Shown piece by piece: positions 32,540 through 41,435 of a stretch of 64,000 bases of DNA (its first letter is position 1; each line of letters begins with the position of its first letter). The stretch lies in NCBI GenBank assembly GCA_041660505.1, contig JBAZWG010000001.1:375183-439182 (forward strand). Direction: 5' to 3'. Made by a program: the position numbers and the translations under genes. The stretch comes from Minisyncoccota bacterium. Its GTDB lineage: Bacteria > Patescibacteriota > Minisyncoccia > Phycocordibacterales > JACRKE01. The notes below the pieces were generated by a model. It saw only the letters and a program-made list of their open reading frames with translations, was not told the DNA's origin and ran no database searches.

Positions 32540-32568
32540 ATCATACGCTAGCCTTGCCAGATTGTCAA
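32540..32568 (-). promoter_or_regulatory. Sigma70-type promoter firing leftwards into the 28.1-32.5 kb unit
   Basis: Minus strand TTGACA-17 nt-TATGAT. Confidence 0.7.
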
Positions 32569-32648
32569 TACTATGTGATAGTTTATGGCATTTAGCGTCA
32601 TAAAGCCTTGATATTAGCCAAAATAGTGGCTTTATTGTGTTATCAGAG

Positions 32649-32689
32649 TGTCAAACTGTATTGACAAGTAAAAGTCAAGATGATAGTAT
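32649..32689 (+). promoter_or_regulatory. Promoter and putative operator of the TrmB-type regulator
   Basis: TTGACA(32661)-17 nt-TAGTAT(32684), overlapped by the inverted repeat TGTCAA-N6-TTGACA. Confidence 0.7.
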
Positions 32690-32758
32690 GGCCGAGGAGA
32701 GACCTCTGGCTTGCCGTCTTATCGCCGGCTTTAATCAGCCCGAGGACTCACCTCATCT

Positions 32759-33583
32759 ATGGGCGCAATATACAAAGAGAATCTGGTTCAGATAGGCTTA
32801 TCCGATAAGGAGGCGGTGGTCTATGAGGCCTTGCTCGGAGGTAAAGAGAACAGTATCGGCCAGTTATTGCATAAAATCCCCGAGATTAAGCGCCCCAATA
32901 TGTATGCCCTGCTCTATAGCCTTAAAGGCAAGGGGTTGGTGCAAGAGGTAGAGAAAAAGGGCAAAAAGGTCTTCACGCCGGAATCGCCCCAAAAGCTTGT
33001 CGACTTCGTCGATGCCAGAGGCTTCGAATATGAGCAAGCCAGGACAAATCTCGATTCCGCTCTCCCCTCTCTCATCTCGCAGTTCAATCTAGCCTCCGGC
33101 AAGCCGAACGTGCAGTTTTATGAGGGCGAGAAGGGTATGGAGAAAGTGGTCTTTGACTCGCTCACCTCAAAAACTGAAATACTTTCTTACGTCGACCACG
33201 AAGCGGTTGAGAAGTACTTCGCATCGTTCAACTCTCGCTATGTGGCCGAGCGCATAAAGAAAAATATTAAAAAGAAAATCATTGCGCTTGATACGCCCAG
33301 TATTCGCGAGGCGGCTAAGACGAGATATAATCCGGAATACACCGATGCCCGTGTTATCAGTGCCAGTAAATATGCGTTTGCGACAGTAATGCAAATCTAC
33401 GACGGCAAGGTGTCGTATCAAACATTAGACGAGAAGCAACTGGTCGGCGTAATAATTCAGGACGAGCGCATTTATAAAATGCATAAAGCTCTTTTCGAGT
33501 ACACGTGGGAGACGGCAGAGAATATTATGCCGCCTTCAACTCTTCCTGCTCTACCGACGCCTGATCTTCCCGCAGTAATGTAA
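32759..33583 (+). CDS. TrmB-family transcriptional regulator
   Basis: IGLSDKEAVVYEALL, wHTH, KPNVQFYEGEKG, IYDGKV, FEYTW. Confidence 0.9.
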   Translation: MGAIYKENLVQIGLSDKEAVVYEALLGGKENSIGQLLHKIPEIKRPNMYALLYSLKGKGLVQEVEKKGKKVFTPESPQKLVDFVDARGFEYEQARTNLDSALPSLISQFNLASGKPNVQFYEGEKGMEKVVFDSLTSKTEILSYVDHEAVEKYFASFNSRYVAERIKKNIKKKIIALDTPSIREAAKTRYNPEYTDARVISASKYAFATVMQIYDGKVSYQTLDEKQLVGVIIQDERIYKMHKALFEYTWETAENIMPPSTLPALPTPDLPAVM

Positions 33584-35741
33584 AATATTCTTGTTTCCCG
33601 CGCAACGTCCGGCCGGTGGTCACGAATTTATTTTTGAGTGTATAATGCGCGAGCATTGGGCTGTCGACGGCAACTATCGCTTCTACCGGCGCGCGTCTCG
33701 CCTCTTGATCCAGAATAGTATCAAATAATGCGGTACCGAGAGAATATCCCTGCACGGATGGATCTGTAGAAAATGAACCGACGTAAGTGTGGCCGTTTTC
33801 GAGCGTCATAAATCGCACAAAGGCCACGACCTTGTCGCCCACTTTAAGCAAGTGGAAGCGCTGTTTTTCGTCTCGCAGAACTTCATCAAATTCGCGCAAA
33901 AGAACGTCTTTGGTCTCATTATCATATCGTCCGCGCGTGCGGTCGAAGATATCCCGCATTTGAGCACGTTCTGCATTGTTAAGTTCGCTTCCCAACTTCG
34001 TCTCAACGTGAGATGAAATAAGCTCATTGATGGGCAAATCGCCGGATTTCTTCGCCTCTTTGCAAACCGTAGCGAATAAGACTACATCTTTTTTAATACC
34101 GCGGAGTTCTTCTATTGCCTCGTGGCAGGTATGCATTATCTCTCCTTCTTTCACACCCTCCAGTTTTTTCACGGTATTATCGAGAAGCGCCTTGCATCTG
34201 GATAGCATTAAGCTGACTAATTCATCTTTTTGTTCCGGTGTTATTTCTTGACCAAAAGTAATCGCCACATAATCACTGAACTCATCTGATGCTCTAATAA
34301 TTTCTGCAGTCTTTGCAAAAATCACGCTCCCTAGTGCGGAAGGAACTTTTTCAGCTAGGTAAGTTATACTCTCTGTTGCGTCAGCGCCGACCGCATTAGT
34401 AAGAAAAGTTTTTAGAAAATTGACACCGTATTTTTCCGCACCTTGAACGATTTTCTCTTTCATTTCCGAATCTTTTTCTATCGTGTTGCCGAGCCATATC
34501 TGTTCACGCATATTTAATTTGTCGTGGATACCTATTCCGGTTCGCACAGATAATTCCAGAGAAAGATCTTTCACCTTCTTGCGGCTGGCGATTGCGAACT
34601 TTCTTTCTTCGCATTCTTTCGGGGTTTCTCCGGGCAGGCAAATTGATGTCGGCAATATCTGCTCGCCCTTTTTAAGCGAAAAGGAAACTCTGCTTCTGTC
34701 ATTTTTCATCTCAATCATTTTCCTAGCTATATCTTCTTCGTCTGCGAGCAACACTATATACTCTTCTGTTCCATCTTCGTTAAACAGCATGGCCATACCT
34801 TTTTCGAGCATTGTAGTCTTCCAGCCGGCGAACTCTCTCCCGAGAATATATTTAGCACCATTTATGTAGGCTACTCCATTTTTTGCGACTGTTTTCTCTT
34901 TACTTACCTCTGTGCCCGCTATATCTTTCATAACCCGAAAGTCTTCCGGCCTAAAAAGTCCTTTTTCAATCAATCTGGGACAATGGTCTCTTAGGAATCG
35001 CCACGGCGATTCTTCGAAAGTCCCGGAAGTGCCGCCTATCTGGCCGTATTTCCTTGTAAAGGCATAAGCAGAAAAAGGAATCCTCTCGCCATCCTGGATT
35101 ATTGTCAATCGCCCAGAATTGTCGCGTTCTGCAGCCAGCTCTCCAAATATTTTTTCTGTCAGAAACAGCTCGGCCAAACTTATGCTATTTCCGTCAGGCA
35201 GCACAATCTGATAATCCCATTTATGGTTGCCTCCAACATCCCACAGACCCAATTGAAAATCGGGGTAGTGCGCCTGAACATAGTCCGGATCTAGCGCATC
35301 TTTTATGGTCGGCGGTAGGTAAAAAAGCGGCCGTGACAAATCTGAAATGTCATTATCGTCTTCATCAAGCTCTTTTAAGTCAGCATAATTAACTACTTTT
35401 TCGCCCCTTAAATTTTCGAACAATTCGCTGCGGGACATCTCTCCTAGCTTTTCTACCCCCTTGGTATAATACTTGCTAAAAGCAAGGCGTCTTAATTTTT
35501 CCAAATTAACAACAGGTATCCCATCTATTTCTTGCCATATTCCCAATTGTTCCAATCGCTTTATGAGTTTATCTTTCATGGGGACCGCGACTTCCCTCCC
35601 AAGCGTCTTCTGTCCATGTTTTATCTCATAAGCTGTAGTCTTGCCTATATCATACTTCTCCATCAGATCTTTGGCTGACAAAGACCTGTCTTCTTCCGGG
35701 ATTTCTATTTTATTACTTTCTTCGCGACTGAATGATTCCAT
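33525..35741 (-). CDS. Large hypothetical protein with a C-terminal GNAT-like acetyltransferase domain
   Basis: C-terminal VAFVRF..YVGSF..PSVQGYSLGTALF resembles the acetyl-CoA-binding motif A. Confidence 0.7.
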   Translation of the reverse strand: MESFSREESNKIEIPEEDRSLSAKDLMEKYDIGKTTAYEIKHGQKTLGREVAVPMKDKLIKRLEQLGIWQEIDGIPVVNLEKLRRLAFSKYYTKGVEKLGEMSRSELFENLRGEKVVNYADLKELDEDDNDISDLSRPLFYLPPTIKDALDPDYVQAHYPDFQLGLWDVGGNHKWDYQIVLPDGNSISLAELFLTEKIFGELAAERDNSGRLTIIQDGERIPFSAYAFTRKYGQIGGTSGTFEESPWRFLRDHCPRLIEKGLFRPEDFRVMKDIAGTEVSKEKTVAKNGVAYINGAKYILGREFAGWKTTMLEKGMAMLFNEDGTEEYIVLLADEEDIARKMIEMKNDRSRVSFSLKKGEQILPTSICLPGETPKECEERKFAIASRKKVKDLSLELSVRTGIGIHDKLNMREQIWLGNTIEKDSEMKEKIVQGAEKYGVNFLKTFLTNAVGADATESITYLAEKVPSALGSVIFAKTAEIIRASDEFSDYVAITFGQEITPEQKDELVSLMLSRCKALLDNTVKKLEGVKEGEIMHTCHEAIEELRGIKKDVVLFATVCKEAKKSGDLPINELISSHVETKLGSELNNAERAQMRDIFDRTRGRYDNETKDVLLREFDEVLRDEKQRFHLLKVGDKVVAFVRFMTLENGHTYVGSFSTDPSVQGYSLGTALFDTILDQEARRAPVEAIVAVDSPMLAHYTLKNKFVTTGRTLRGKQEYFTLLREDQASVEQEELKAA

Positions 35742-35760
35742 GACGGAATGTTGAGTTAAG

Positions 35761-36009
35761 CTACTTTGACTTCCTCTCCCGCTTGCTGAAGTAGTAGATA
35801 TACAATATTTCTAAGATTCCCATCGTGTTGACGATAAGCAAGGCGACGAACCAGACTTTGTCATTCTTGTGCGCTGCCTTCCAGAGGGCAATACCCTTCA
35901 AGGCGATTACAGCGACGAAAGCCGCAGCCAATATTACCGTCACGGCAAGAACCTGCGGGTTACTCAAGTCCCAAGTACCCGTTCGAAAAATAGAGGCAAT
36001 TGATTGCAT
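35761..36009 (-). CDS. DUF5652-like small membrane protein
   Basis: KGIALWKAA...WFVALLIVNTMGILEILY. Confidence 0.8.
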   Translation of the reverse strand: MQSIASIFRTGTWDLSNPQVLAVTVILAAAFVAVIALKGIALWKAAHKNDKVWFVALLIVNTMGILEILYIYYFSKRERKSK

Positions 36010-36033
36010 ATATTTTGATATTAGCTATTAAGG

Positions 36034-36104
36034 TCGGGGCGCCGGGAATCGGACCCGGTCTACATGCTCCCAAAGCACGCGTACTACCGGTATACTACGC
36101 CCCG
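36034..36104 (-). tRNA. tRNA-Pro(TGG)
   Basis: CGGGGCG/CGCCCCG acceptor; anticodon loop TT TGG GA; T loop TCCGATT. Confidence 0.93.
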
Positions 36105-36142
36105 AGTAGTTGAGCTACTTTAGCACAAATACATAAGAGACA

Positions 36143-36583
36143 CTAGCAGATATCAATGTCCTCTAGGATGCGGACGCGGCCTACATGCGCCTCCCTATCC
36201 ACTTCTACTGTTACCACGTCTAATTGCCAATCAGGCTCTTCGTCTTCGTCGTCTGGATATTTAGATAGTAAATAGACTTCTATCGTTCTGCGTAGCCTCT
36301 TGAGCTTCCAGGGGTGCACGTTCTCTTCGGCTTCATAGTCTTCGTCGTCTGGATCCGAGGAGAGACCTCCGCCTTTGCCGGAGGACTCTCCTCGGATTTT
36401 GTCGGCCGTCACCGATTTTACTTCGACAAAGTGCAAATTGCCGTCTTTTAGCGCGATAATGTCAATTTCACCATATTTCTTGCGGTAATTACGCTCTATT
36501 ACTGTATATCCATGGCGCTCCAGATAGGTCGTGGCGCAGTTCTCCCCTATTTGGCCGATAACTTGCTTGTCGGTTTGAGCCAT
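36143..36583 (-). CDS. yraN: YraN-family (UPF0102) nuclease-like protein
   Basis: GQIGE..A..YL...GY.VIERNYR...GEIDII....LHFVEVK. Confidence 0.9.
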   Translation of the reverse strand: MAQTDKQVIGQIGENCATTYLERHGYTVIERNYRKKYGEIDIIALKDGNLHFVEVKSVTADKIRGESSGKGGGLSSDPDDEDYEAEENVHPWKLKRLRRTIEVYLLSKYPDDEDEEPDWQLDVVTVEVDREAHVGRVRILEDIDIC

Positions 36584-36616
36584 ATTTTATGGGTCAAGTC
36601 TTATATGCAATGTCTG

Positions 36617-36690
36617 TTATCCCCACTGTACACAGACTTATCCACAGTTTTCTGTGTGTAACGTTTATTTCTGTGGGCTGTCTTTATATT
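36617..36690. promoter_or_regulatory. DnaA-box cluster (candidate oriC element)
   Basis: TTATCCCCA 36617, TTATCCACA 36638, inverted TGTGTGTAA 36653, plus weaker boxes. Confidence 0.45.
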
Positions 36691-36717
36691 TAGAGACACA
36701 TTGGGTGTCTTAGACTT

Positions 36718-36791
36718 TGGTGCGGCCAGGGAGAATCGGACTCCCGCCTGCTCGTTGGCAACGAGCCGTCCTACCATTAAACTATGGCCGC
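36718..36791 (-). tRNA. tRNA-Gly(GCC), CCA encoded
   Basis: GCGGCCA/TGGCCGCACCA; anticodon arm gctcg-TT GCC AA-cgagc; T loop TCCGATT. Confidence 0.94.
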
Positions 36792-36857
36792 TTTTTCAAT
36801 TATGCAATTCTACACTTTTTTTACTGAAACCTCAAGCACTTTTCTAAAAAACACTTG

Positions 36858-36929
36858 TGCACCCGGAGGGATTCGAACCCCCAAAGACAGCTTCGAAGGC
36901 TGTAGTGATATCCGTTTCACCACGGGTGC
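36858..36929 (-). tRNA. tRNA-Arg(TCG)
   Basis: GCACCCG/CGGGTGC acceptor; anticodon arm acagc-CT TCG AA-gctgt; TTCGAAT. Confidence 0.94.
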
Positions 36930-37024
36930 TTAAACAAGAAGTATATATGGTATTCCGACTTTTTACCAGTGGATTAATTGGTATACGCACTTTACTTCAG
37001 ATTTTCTCTTGATATAATTAATTG

Positions 37025-37679
37025 ATGAGGCCCGGGCCGAAACCAAAGATATACATTTCTACTGAGTGGTCTAGCAACCTCGCTTATGCAGTTGGTCTTA
37101 TCACTGCTGATGGCTGTCTGTCAAAGGATGGCCGCCATATTGACTTTACATCAAAAGACCCAGATCAAATAGAAACCTTTATCAGGTGCCTCGGACTTCA
37201 CTCACTTGTTAGACCAAAGAAATCCGGTGCTGGAAGGTTTGCATTTCGAACCCAGTTTGGGAATGTATCGTTTTACAGATTTCTATTAGGCATTGGACTA
37301 ACGCCCGCAAAATCGAAAACTATTTCGAAACTTGAAATTCCCGACGAATATTTCTGGGATTTCATGCGTGGATATTTCGATGGTGACGGCACGAGCTTTT
37401 CGTATTTTGATCCGGTATTTCCTAAAAGCTATCGTTTTTATGTTGCTTTCGCTTCGGCAAGTGAGCCATATCTACTTTGGCTACAAGAGAAGGCATATAG
37501 GTCCGCAGGGTTAAAAGGCTACATTAACAGAGGCGTTAACCCTTCAAGCCTACAACTCAAGTATGCGAAGAAAGAAGCAATAGTCTTATGTCAAAAAATG
37601 TATTATGATGATAGCGCTCCCAGACTCCAAAGAAAATACGAGAAAATCTTGGATTCGATGAGCATTATTAACAGCAAAC
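37025..37679 (+). CDS. Two-motif LAGLIDADG endonuclease-like domain; frame continues without a stop into tRNA-Leu and cca
   Basis: NLAYAVGLITADGC and DFMRGYFDGDG motifs; C-terminal LQRKYE. Confidence 0.85.
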
Positions 37680-37763
37680 GCCGGGGTGGTGAAATTGGTA
37701 TACACGCAGCGTTCAGAACGCTGTGGGGGCAACCCCATGGAGGTTCAAGTCCTCTCTCCGGCA
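37680..37763 (+). tRNA. tRNA-Leu(CAG)
   Basis: GCCGGGG/CTCCGGCA acceptor, anticodon arm cagcg-TT CAG AA-cgctg, long variable arm GGGG-GCAA-CCCC region, TTCAAGT. Confidence 0.93.
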
Positions 37764-37772
37764 CTTTTAACT

Positions 37773-38884
37773 CATTTCACGTGAAAAATAAGAAAGAATC
37801 TCCAGCTTACTATATCCCCTCCCATGTTCTGGGGGTTGTAACTACTTTACAAAAGGCCGGCTTCGAGGCATATCTCGTCGGTGGCTGTGTGCGCGATATA
37901 TTGATGGAGAACAAGCCAAAAGACTGGGATGTTACGACAAACGCCCGCCCGGAGCAGATCCAAGCCCTATTTAACGAGACTTTCTATGAAAACGAGTATG
38001 GCACGGTCGGCGTCGTGGTAGAAGACCTTTCACGTGAAAAGCTCAATATCGTTTCACAAGAAACGTTTGATGAGCTTTCACGTGAAAGCATGGAAGCCTT
38101 AGAGGTCGAACCTCGGGCTCCCAGAGGTTCGACCTCGGGCGCAGACCCAAGCCCGAAAGAGGTGATCGAGGTTACACCTTATAGGCTAGAAACCAAGTAT
38201 TCCAACTTTCGCCATCCGGACGCTGTCACCTTTAGCACCAGTCTGGGGGACGACCTGAAACGCCGGGATCTGACCATCAATGCCATCGCTTATGACCCCA
38301 ATAGCCCTAAAGGACAGTTTATAGACCCCTTTAACGGTCTAAAGGACATAAAGGACATGGTAATCCGCGCCGTAGGAGAGCCCTCGGACCGCTTCTGCGA
38401 GGATGCTTTGCGCATGATGCGTGCGGTGCGCCTGGCCGCCCAGCTCGGCTTTATGATTGACCCTGCGACCGAGCAAGCGATTGTTGCGAACAAGGCGCTT
38501 ATCACTAAGATAGCGGCCGAGCGTATCCATGACGAACTTATGAAGCTTTTAAATACCGAGTACGCGGTTGATGGCATTAGGTATCTAAAGATTACCGGCC
38601 TTCTTGAACTTATAATCCCTGAACTTCTTGAGGGGATAGGCATAGAGCAGAGAGGGGAGCATATCTATGACGTCTGGGAGCATAACCTCAAGTCGCTCGA
38701 ACACGCCGTCAAGAAGGGTTGGCCATTTCACGTGAGACTTGCAGTGCTGTTACACGACGTGGGCAAGCCGCGTACGCGCTTGCGCGATGAGGAGAGGCAA
38801 ATCTGGACATTCCATGGCCATGATGTGGTCGGTGGCAAGATGACCAAAAAGATACTTGAACGGCTCAAATTTTCACGTGAAATG
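37773..38884. promoter_or_regulatory. Six parS-like palindromes (core TTTCACGTGAAA)
   Basis: Cores at 37775, 38028, 38052 (variant), 38076, 38726 (variant), 38871. Confidence 0.65.
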
Positions 38885-39388
38885 ATTGATAATATTTCTA
38901 AACTAGTGCGTTATCATCTTTTCTTCTCCGATACCGATAAAATCACGCTTTCTGCCGTACGCCGGATGATTCGCAACGTCGGCGCTGATTTGATATGGGA
39001 TTTAATGAAGGTGCGCCAGTGCGACAGAATAGGCACGGGCCGGCCCAAAGAAAGTCCTTATAGACTGCGCAAATACGAAGCGATGATAGAAGAGGCAATG
39101 CGCGATCCAATATCGGTGCAGATGTTAAAGATTGACGGCGCGAAGATAATGGAAATAGGGGAGATGGACCCCGGGCCGAAGATTGGCTGGGTGTTGCACG
39201 CCTTACTTGAGGAAGTACTAGAAGACCCGGCTAAGAATACGACAGAGTATCTGGAGACTCATACTAAAAAATTATTGGCACTTTCTGACAAGGAATTACA
39301 AGAACTCGGTGAAGCGGGAAAGGAGAAGAAGTCAGGGCTTGAAGAAGCGGCTATAGAAGAAATCAACAAGAGACACTACGTGAAGTAA
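37781..39388 (+). CDS. cca: CCA-adding tRNA nucleotidyltransferase with HD domain
   Basis: YLVGGCVRD..KDWDVTT, DLKRRDLTINA, EDALRMMRAVR, LLHDVGKP; probable own start GTG 37781. Confidence 0.92.
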   Translation: MKNKKESPAYYIPSHVLGVVTTLQKAGFEAYLVGGCVRDILMENKPKDWDVTTNARPEQIQALFNETFYENEYGTVGVVVEDLSREKLNIVSQETFDELSRESMEALEVEPRAPRGSTSGADPSPKEVIEVTPYRLETKYSNFRHPDAVTFSTSLGDDLKRRDLTINAIAYDPNSPKGQFIDPFNGLKDIKDMVIRAVGEPSDRFCEDALRMMRAVRLAAQLGFMIDPATEQAIVANKALITKIAAERIHDELMKLLNTEYAVDGIRYLKITGLLELIIPELLEGIGIEQRGEHIYDVWEHNLKSLEHAVKKGWPFHVRLAVLLHDVGKPRTRLRDEERQIWTFHGHDVVGGKMTKKILERLKFSREMIDNISKLVRYHLFFSDTDKITLSAVRRMIRNVGADLIWDLMKVRQCDRIGTGRPKESPYRLRKYEAMIEEAMRDPISVQMLKIDGAKIMEIGEMDPGPKIGWVLHALLEEVLEDPAKNTTEYLETHTKKLLALSDKELQELGEAGKEKKSGLEEAAIEEINKRHYVK

Positions 39389-39453
39389 GAAGTGCGTGAT
39401 ACAATAGCAAAGGTTCAACCTTAGGCATTCAAAAGGTTGAACCTTAAAATCGT

Positions 39454-40410
39454 ATGCTTACTGCCGACAAGTATATTGTGCGCGTCATAAACGATGCGCG
39501 ATTGCCCGACATTGAACTTTTTACCGATCCCGAACAGGGGATTGCTATTAGCGTAGAAGGAATTGCGATACCCACGGAACGCAACCGCGTAGCACGAAGC
39601 GCGAAAGAAATAATTCAACGCGCGCTAGGACTGCTCTCGCTCGATACGCCTAAGGCAATCGTCCACAACACTATCTCATTATTAAAACGCGAGCTCGCCG
39701 AACATTTTAGTAAAAAATCAGGTGTATCAAGCGCGCATACTGCCGTTATTAAATTTGCCTGGGATGAGGCACGCGGGCGAGTTGTGGCGATAGGCGAGAG
39801 CGATGGCGGTATAAAGAATTGCGCTTACAAAAAAGGGAAGTTTGGCCTCTTGGGTAAGGAATTATCGGCCGACCCCGGCGACATATTCATGCAATGTTCA
39901 CCGAGCATCTTATCCAACGTTGACGTGTCGGTAATGAAAGAGATTTTGTCTTTTCGCAAGCAACACGATTTGTCGCTTGAGCAAATTCGCCATTTACTCA
40001 TCGAATCCGCCCACAATAATCTCGAGAAGTTCCGCCACACCCCGCTCTATGACCCGCGCGACATGTCTGTTGTATTAATGGAATATGGTCCAGTTCGCGA
40101 ATTTGCCGGCAAGGTCTCTCCTCCCGAAAATATTTTCATGGGAGGTGAGACCTTAGAGAAGTCGCCGGCGAACCCTCTTCAGCAGTTTGGCTTCAGTGAT
40201 TTATTGTTACCCGAGGGCGCAACCAAGGACGACGCGCTCGTAAATTTACAGAAAGTTAGGAACAGGCTAGGGGAGTTAGGCTATGAAGCAAAGATAAAGC
40301 CGCACCACTATGCCGAATTACCCAAGCGTGGCGATCTGCAGAAAGTGGTCAAACGCGCACATGACATACTAGAAGCAGCAGAACTGCGCGAGTACCTAAA
40401 CAATATTTAG
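39454..40410 (+). CDS. Hypothetical protein, possibly a degenerate PP2C-like fold
   Basis: AIGES, DPGDIFMQCSPSI, RDMSVVLM loosely match PP2C motifs but catalytic aspartates are missing. Confidence 0.55.
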   Translation: MLTADKYIVRVINDARLPDIELFTDPEQGIAISVEGIAIPTERNRVARSAKEIIQRALGLLSLDTPKAIVHNTISLLKRELAEHFSKKSGVSSAHTAVIKFAWDEARGRVVAIGESDGGIKNCAYKKGKFGLLGKELSADPGDIFMQCSPSILSNVDVSVMKEILSFRKQHDLSLEQIRHLLIESAHNNLEKFRHTPLYDPRDMSVVLMEYGPVREFAGKVSPPENIFMGGETLEKSPANPLQQFGFSDLLLPEGATKDDALVNLQKVRNRLGELGYEAKIKPHHYAELPKRGDLQKVVKRAHDILEAAELREYLNNI

Positions 40411-40511
40411 CAAAAACAGAAAAGCTACCCTGGCAAAGGTCCTCGGATCTCCTCGCCAGGAGCGAAGTCAGGCTCGGCCAGACCATTTGCCATGGCACTT
40501 TTCCTTTTTTG

Positions 40512-41435
40512 CTACGACCTTGAGTGGAACGCTTTGTGCACCTCGCGCAACTGTTTATCAGTCACGTGAGTATAAATTTGGGTCGTTGAAATATTAGAGT
40601 GGCCGAGCATCGCCTGCACCGAACGTAAGTCTGCGCCATTACCGAGCAAGTCTGTAGCAAAGCTGTGGCGGATGACGTGGGGTGTAACTTTTTTAGAAAT
40701 TCCGGCTTTGATGGCGTAATGCTTGACGATGCGCTCAACCGAGCGAGAAGTGAGTGGTTCGGTGGAGATATTCACAGATTTTACTTTCAACTTTTTACTT
40801 TCAACTTTGCCAACTGCACTGTGAGACACGAACAGTGCGTCCCCGGCATCCCCGCGCTTATCAAGATAACTTTTCACTGCTTTTTTCGCCGCGTCGGTCA
40901 GGAACACCACGCGCACCTTGCCGCCCTTGCCTCTTATAGAAAATTCGTCGCGCTTCAGGTCTACTTTATCGATAGTCAGAGAACATAATTCAGAAACGCG
41001 CAGACCTGTCGAGAAAAGTAATTCTAGTATGGCCGTATCGCGCAAATTTTTAATATCCGTGCCCTGCGCCGACTTCATTAGTCGCTCAAGCTCGTCGTGA
41101 CTAATCAAATCCAGATGTCGTTCGCCGGTCTTAGCCAGTTCGATACGGTCTGGCGAGAGGGAAGCAATACTCTCCCGCACCATGTATTTCAAAAAAGAGC
41201 GTAAAGCGATAAGATGATAGTTCTGCGTGTTCTTCTGCAGATTTTTACGATTCAAAAAAAGTCTGTACTGCCTGACAATTTCATCAGTAATATCAGAGGG
41301 CACTTTAGCCTTCGAGAATTCAAAAAATGTCTTGAGATATCGATCATAATTCTCCACGGTCTTGAGCCCGCGCCCTTTCTCAATCTCCACATATTCAAGA
41401 AACCGTTGTTTCAAGTCAGGAATATTGTGCGACAT
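40512..41435 (-). CDS. xerC: Tyrosine recombinase XerC/XerD
   Basis: LFSTGLRVSEL, GKGGK.R, TPHVIRHSFAT, LGHSNISTTQIYT (R-K-H-R-H-Y). Confidence 0.9.
   Translation of the reverse strand: MSHNIPDLKQRFLEYVEIEKGRGLKTVENYDRYLKTFFEFSKAKVPSDITDEIVRQYRLFLNRKNLQKNTQNYHLIALRSFLKYMVRESIASLSPDRIELAKTGERHLDLISHDELERLMKSAQGTDIKNLRDTAILELLFSTGLRVSELCSLTIDKVDLKRDEFSIRGKGGKVRVVFLTDAAKKAVKSYLDKRGDAGDALFVSHSAVGKVESKKLKVKSVNISTEPLTSRSVERIVKHYAIKAGISKKVTPHVIRHSFATDLLGNGADLRSVQAMLGHSNISTTQIYTHVTDKQLREVHKAFHSRS

Noticed and set aside
37022-37679. Intein or tRNA intron housing the LAGLIDADG
   Set aside because: No intein splicing blocks, and the flanking tRNAs are uninterrupted.
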